Below, one piece after another: positions 60,061-64,000 of a DNA stretch of 64,000 nt (within the stretch, counting starts at the first letter, position 1; every line of letters starts with the position of its first letter). This DNA is from Catajapyx aquilonaris (lineage: Eukaryota). The stretch spans positions 62,001 through 126,000 of the forward strand of contig KZ538129.1 in the NCBI GenBank assembly GCA_000934665.2, in the 5' to 3' direction. A program made the translations under genes and the position numbers. The notes beneath the pieces are model-generated. The model ran no database searches, was not told the DNA's origin, and saw only the letters and a program-made list of their open reading frames with translations.

Positions 60061-63000
60061 ATGCGATCCCTGATGAGTCGCAAGTGGTCGAGTCACGCCT
60101 TAAAACACAAAGATGTGGGCATAATGGCTGGCTCCCTCCACAACACAGGATATGACTGTGCTGACAGGGTCGCATTAAAAGGCACGACAGCCGGTAGCAC
60201 CACAAAAAACTGGCCGATCAATTTCCAGTGGGGTAAGTGTGCGACCACCCTCGGGGTGAAAGGTAACTGTCCAGTCCACCATATAAAAATAGTGCGATGC
60301 CATGTCCCACTGGTCTATTTCGGCCATAGGGGTCCGACCTTCAGATATTACCGGTCGGCATGCGACCCGACATGCACGAAGAATCCACTACATGGCAGTT
60401 ACCATTCCAAAAGTTTCAGTGCCTATCAGGAGCCATATGGATCCGCATCTCCGCCAATAAGACGCCGGAACCCTCGAATGAATCCTGGCCATTGGCAACG
60501 ATCTGATTTCTTTTCTCCGCTTCTTTTTGTGGCCAGCCGAGGCCCAAAGACCACTTTAATTCGGGAGCTTCGGGCCAAAACCATTGGGTTCTGATTGCAG
60601 GAGGAGGGACAAGTCCCAGGAACCAATCTAGGAGCCATGCCAGAACCCAACTGTATATAGACTGTTGCCGATGAAAATGTGGCGGCTCATTGAGGAGTGA
60701 AATGAAGTTGGCTGCATATTGCGTCCCCTGCCGCGTCTCTTGACGGCTGAAAGACATAAGGAAGCCATAACATGGCCCTACTCGTTTCAGTCGGCCTCAT
60801 GGGGCGAACCACCCTATTGTTACAGTCGAAAATTTTTAATGTAAAAAAAAAATGTATTGTTGCTAACCCATAGTGTGTGCGGATTATTTATTTGTGATGT
60901 AATCTCACGCCCCATACGAGTTGCTCCCCCTTCAGCCCACCCCCGGTACCTGGGATTTAGAGCTGTATTGATTTTGCAATTAACGTTTGATAAGGGAGCT
61001 CGTGGGGGGAGGGGGGGCTGGATGGTAGGGGGGTGTTTGGGAAGGGGGGGAAAAAATCCCCCCCCCCCCNCCCCCCCCCTCTCTCTCCCTACGCTTCCAG
61101 CTTGGTAGCTGGCTTTCAGAGTGTATATAGTGTAGCTATATATGGGGAACACTGTGCCGCGGGTTGGGTCAACGTTGCGTGAAATGGTGGGTGGAATTTC
61201 AGAGCCTGACTCGTGCTCGGTGAGTAAAAGCCATGTGTTGCATCACAGGACCAGCCCACCCATTTTTTTGCCAATAAAATATTAAGCGGATTTTTTTTTC
61301 ATGATGGCAATTAGAACCTTCCTATATAATTATATACATATGAGGAGCTGATTGACTTTGACTTGAAGGATGCGTGTGTGTCGTGGAAGTTTTTTTTTTT
61401 TTTTGCAATTTTGGGTAAATGAAACTCTGAAAAAAGTTTCAGGGGGAAGACGGAGGGGAGGAGAGATAAAGAGATTAGGTTTGCATTGAGGAGGAGGGCT
61501 TTAATTGGGCATTTCACTTACAAGAGCTGCCTTCTTTTGTGGACGTGTGGTCCATACAATGAAGACGCATTATAAATATGGCGCGAATTAGCATGAGAAT
61601 GGGTTGAGTCTCTTTCTCCATCCTAGACCCAGGGACCCATTTCGGCGTATACGCACCGTGGAATCCAGCCGGGCGTATACGCTCTTAAACAATTACCATT
61701 TTTGGGGGAGGGAAACTCAAAATTGAGTTTATCGACGGGGCGGGTTTCAATCTCCGTTTTTTTTAAAAGGGAAAAACTCAGGCGCCTGCAAAACCGCAAA
61801 GGGTGTGTTTCTAAATGAAAGGGTGAGAAGTTGAAGAAAAAAAAGTTTCAGGTTTGCCAATTATTTTAAGCAGAAAGCTTGATTGAAGTATATGCCATGA
61901 TGAAGAGTTCGTTTCGTATCAAGATCTGAAATTCAGAACGATCAGTCACAGTTGACTGATTTCGAGATATGAGGGGGTTGAAGATTGCATTGGTCCTTTT
62001 GTTTTCGCAAATTTCTCTAGGGGACTATAATTCTTCTCAGAAAACTGACTTGTCTCTCTGAAAATATTCAACCAAAATGTCAGTAGTTTCTTATATCAAA
62101 TATTTGCCGAAACTGCATTTTCCTACCCAGCGCCACATTTGTGTTAATATTCGGTACATGCGGTAATTGAATCAGACAATTAAAATATTGTGCAATACTA
62201 CCAATATGCTGACTTCAGCACACGCTCGTGTTACTCCAGGCACTTTTTTTTGTTTTGTAAAATCCGCTCTGGAAGCAAAATTCTCTTGCAATGGAAGCAG
62301 ACCGAGATAATGCTCTGCAGCAGGAGGAAATAATTGGGTGGACTCTTGTGATTAATAGAGTCTGAGCCTGCAGGCGTGTCTGTTTGGGAGGAGTAGGGTG
62401 GGAGGGGTGGGGGTGGGTTTTAGGCTGGTGGGGGAGGGGATGAGGCCGTCATTTCCATCGGATGCCACCCTCTGGGTTGCAGCAGCAGCCCTCTCTCTCT
62501 TTTCGGGGGATCCCTGGCAGCAACTTCCCCTTTTCCTCCTCATTTGGCTTGTCAAATGCAGCTGCGGCTCAGGCGGGACCTGCAACCGACATCTCTACCC
62601 CGGATTCAAGGAAGACTTTTTCTGCCCAAATTGGAGGGAGAGGGAGAAACAGGGATATAGCATACTATCCAGACACTATCCGAGACGTAACCGGTAGATG
62701 GCGGTAGGCCTACCCGGTAGGTGGCAGCAGGTACCTGCACATTTCGGTACAAACAGTTCTGGAGAAATCAGGCCGGCAGATGGCAGCAAGGCGGTGGGTG
62801 GACAAATTGGACGGGCGTTTTTCCTATCTAAAAGCAAGGGGGCGGTCCTATTAAAAGGAAATCGAAGGTGGTCCGGGTCCTAATGGACTGATGACACAGC
62901 GAGCCCATCGGACGGGGCGAGGGCGGTTGCAAAGATGGGTTTGCAGCTGATGAATAAGTAATAACTGCGCCACCGCGGTTCCCACACTCACTGAGGGAGG

Positions 63001-63486
63001 GAAGGTTGTTCATAAAAGAACTGCCGATATCAGCTCTTTCAATAGGTGGGGATGACGTGGGTGCGGCGATATGAATTAGTGATGAACCTTGGTCCTCCAA
63101 GCGCGCACACTGGTGTCCCACTGCTCACAAGCCTGCTTGCATCTCCCCTTTTCCTGCAAGGCAGGCGGAATTTTCTGTAAATTACAAATTGCACTCTTGG
63201 GGGAAGGCGCCGCGCCGCTTCTGATATAGCTAAATGGCCGGCTTATCTAGCGGGCCCACACTTGGGAAAGCCAGCCAACCCAGCTAACCCTCCCTCCCTG
63301 ATGAAAGTCCCGTGTCAAATTCTGAGTAAACAGTTGGCGGAAAGAATGGGAGAGGGGAAACTCGAGCGTTCAAGAATTTCACCAACACGGCTCATTACAC
63401 TGGGAGAAGAGACTGCACAACCCCTTTGGTAGAATCGCACGGTGCTATAGGCCTAGCCTCGACTCAGGCTACAACACGACTCCTCG

Positions 63487-63586
63487 ACACAAACCTGATC
63501 CTACAGGGTGCACCATGTGTTATGACTCTCCATACCAGTGCTCTACACAGCTCCGATCCTACCGGTTGCGCCATGTGTCATGATTC
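63487..63586. repeat. diverged 58-bp-period tandem duplication just upstream of the helix-3 exon
   Basis: gatcctacagggtgcaccatgtgttatgactc versus gatcctaccggttgcgccatgtgtcatgattc. Confidence 0.65.
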
Positions 63587-63639
63587 AACTTGCCAACAAT
63601 CTGGCTCGTGACTAAAACTGCCCTTCTTGTTCATTACAG

Positions 63640-63707
63640 GTTCATCAACGCCAGGCGTCGGATTGTCCAACCTCTCATCGACCAGTCCAACCGGGCGGGT
63701 GCTAGTG
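63640..63707 (+). CDS. hth: homothorax/Meis coding exon (recognition helix and post-homeodomain segment)
   Basis: Acceptor cccttcttgttcattacag|, donor g|gtaagt; 68 nt, phase 2 to 1; translates (W)FINARRRIVQPLIDQSNRAGAS(G), with the Meis-class WFIN (I50) signature. Confidence 0.94.
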
Positions 63708-64000
63708 GTAAGTGCCGCATGTCCATAACATACCGGCTGCCTCTCAGCACCGTGTCGCAGACTACCGGGACCGTGACCCACCGGCCACTAACCCTACCCC
63801 CTCTAATAAATCCTGATGATCCTCCCCGCAAAAATTTTCGCAAGTTGGCCCTCCCCTGCCTCAAAAATGGGCGCGAGTTCGTAATTCGCGGCCTAAGCCC
63901 AGGGCCAGAGAGTCTGGAGGCCGCCTTCATTAGAGCAGGAGGATAGGTATCCCTCGGGGGCAAGGAAACAGTGCCTTCTCATTATTTGGACACATGGAAT

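Noticed and set aside
60046..60594. 182-aa ORF as a nested gene
   Set aside because: No ATG at the annotated start, no recognisable motif and no supporting exon structure.

Overview
Eukaryotic (arthropod-like) genomic DNA, almost entirely intronic, from a homothorax/Meis (TALE-class homeobox) gene on the + strand. Three short coding exons (28810-28958, 39542-39618, 63640-63707) splice in frame (intron phases 1, 0, 2, 1) to give (G)[97 protein letters not shown](G). No HM/Meinox-domain exon or 3' end was recognised in the window. The most notable hidden structure is a set of sense-strand sites where a 3' splice site abuts a 5' splice site (polypyrimidine-YAG|GTRAG-like) at 8255, 17985, 27090 and 50721, with weaker ones at 28329 and 34961. 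These look like recursive-splicing ratchet points; together with the real exons they cut the long introns into mostly 9-13 kb segments, and the first has a 54-nt cryptic exon with stops in all three frames. Also seen: a candidate 30-nt in-frame microexon, many Pho/YY1-type motifs with GA repeats, convergent CTCF-like sites, a decayed CR1/L2-like LINE 3' end, a small Tc1/mariner-like MITE, a 351-bp tandem duplication, a 10-bp-period minisatellite and three assembly gaps. Nearly all ORFs in the supplied track appear spurious.
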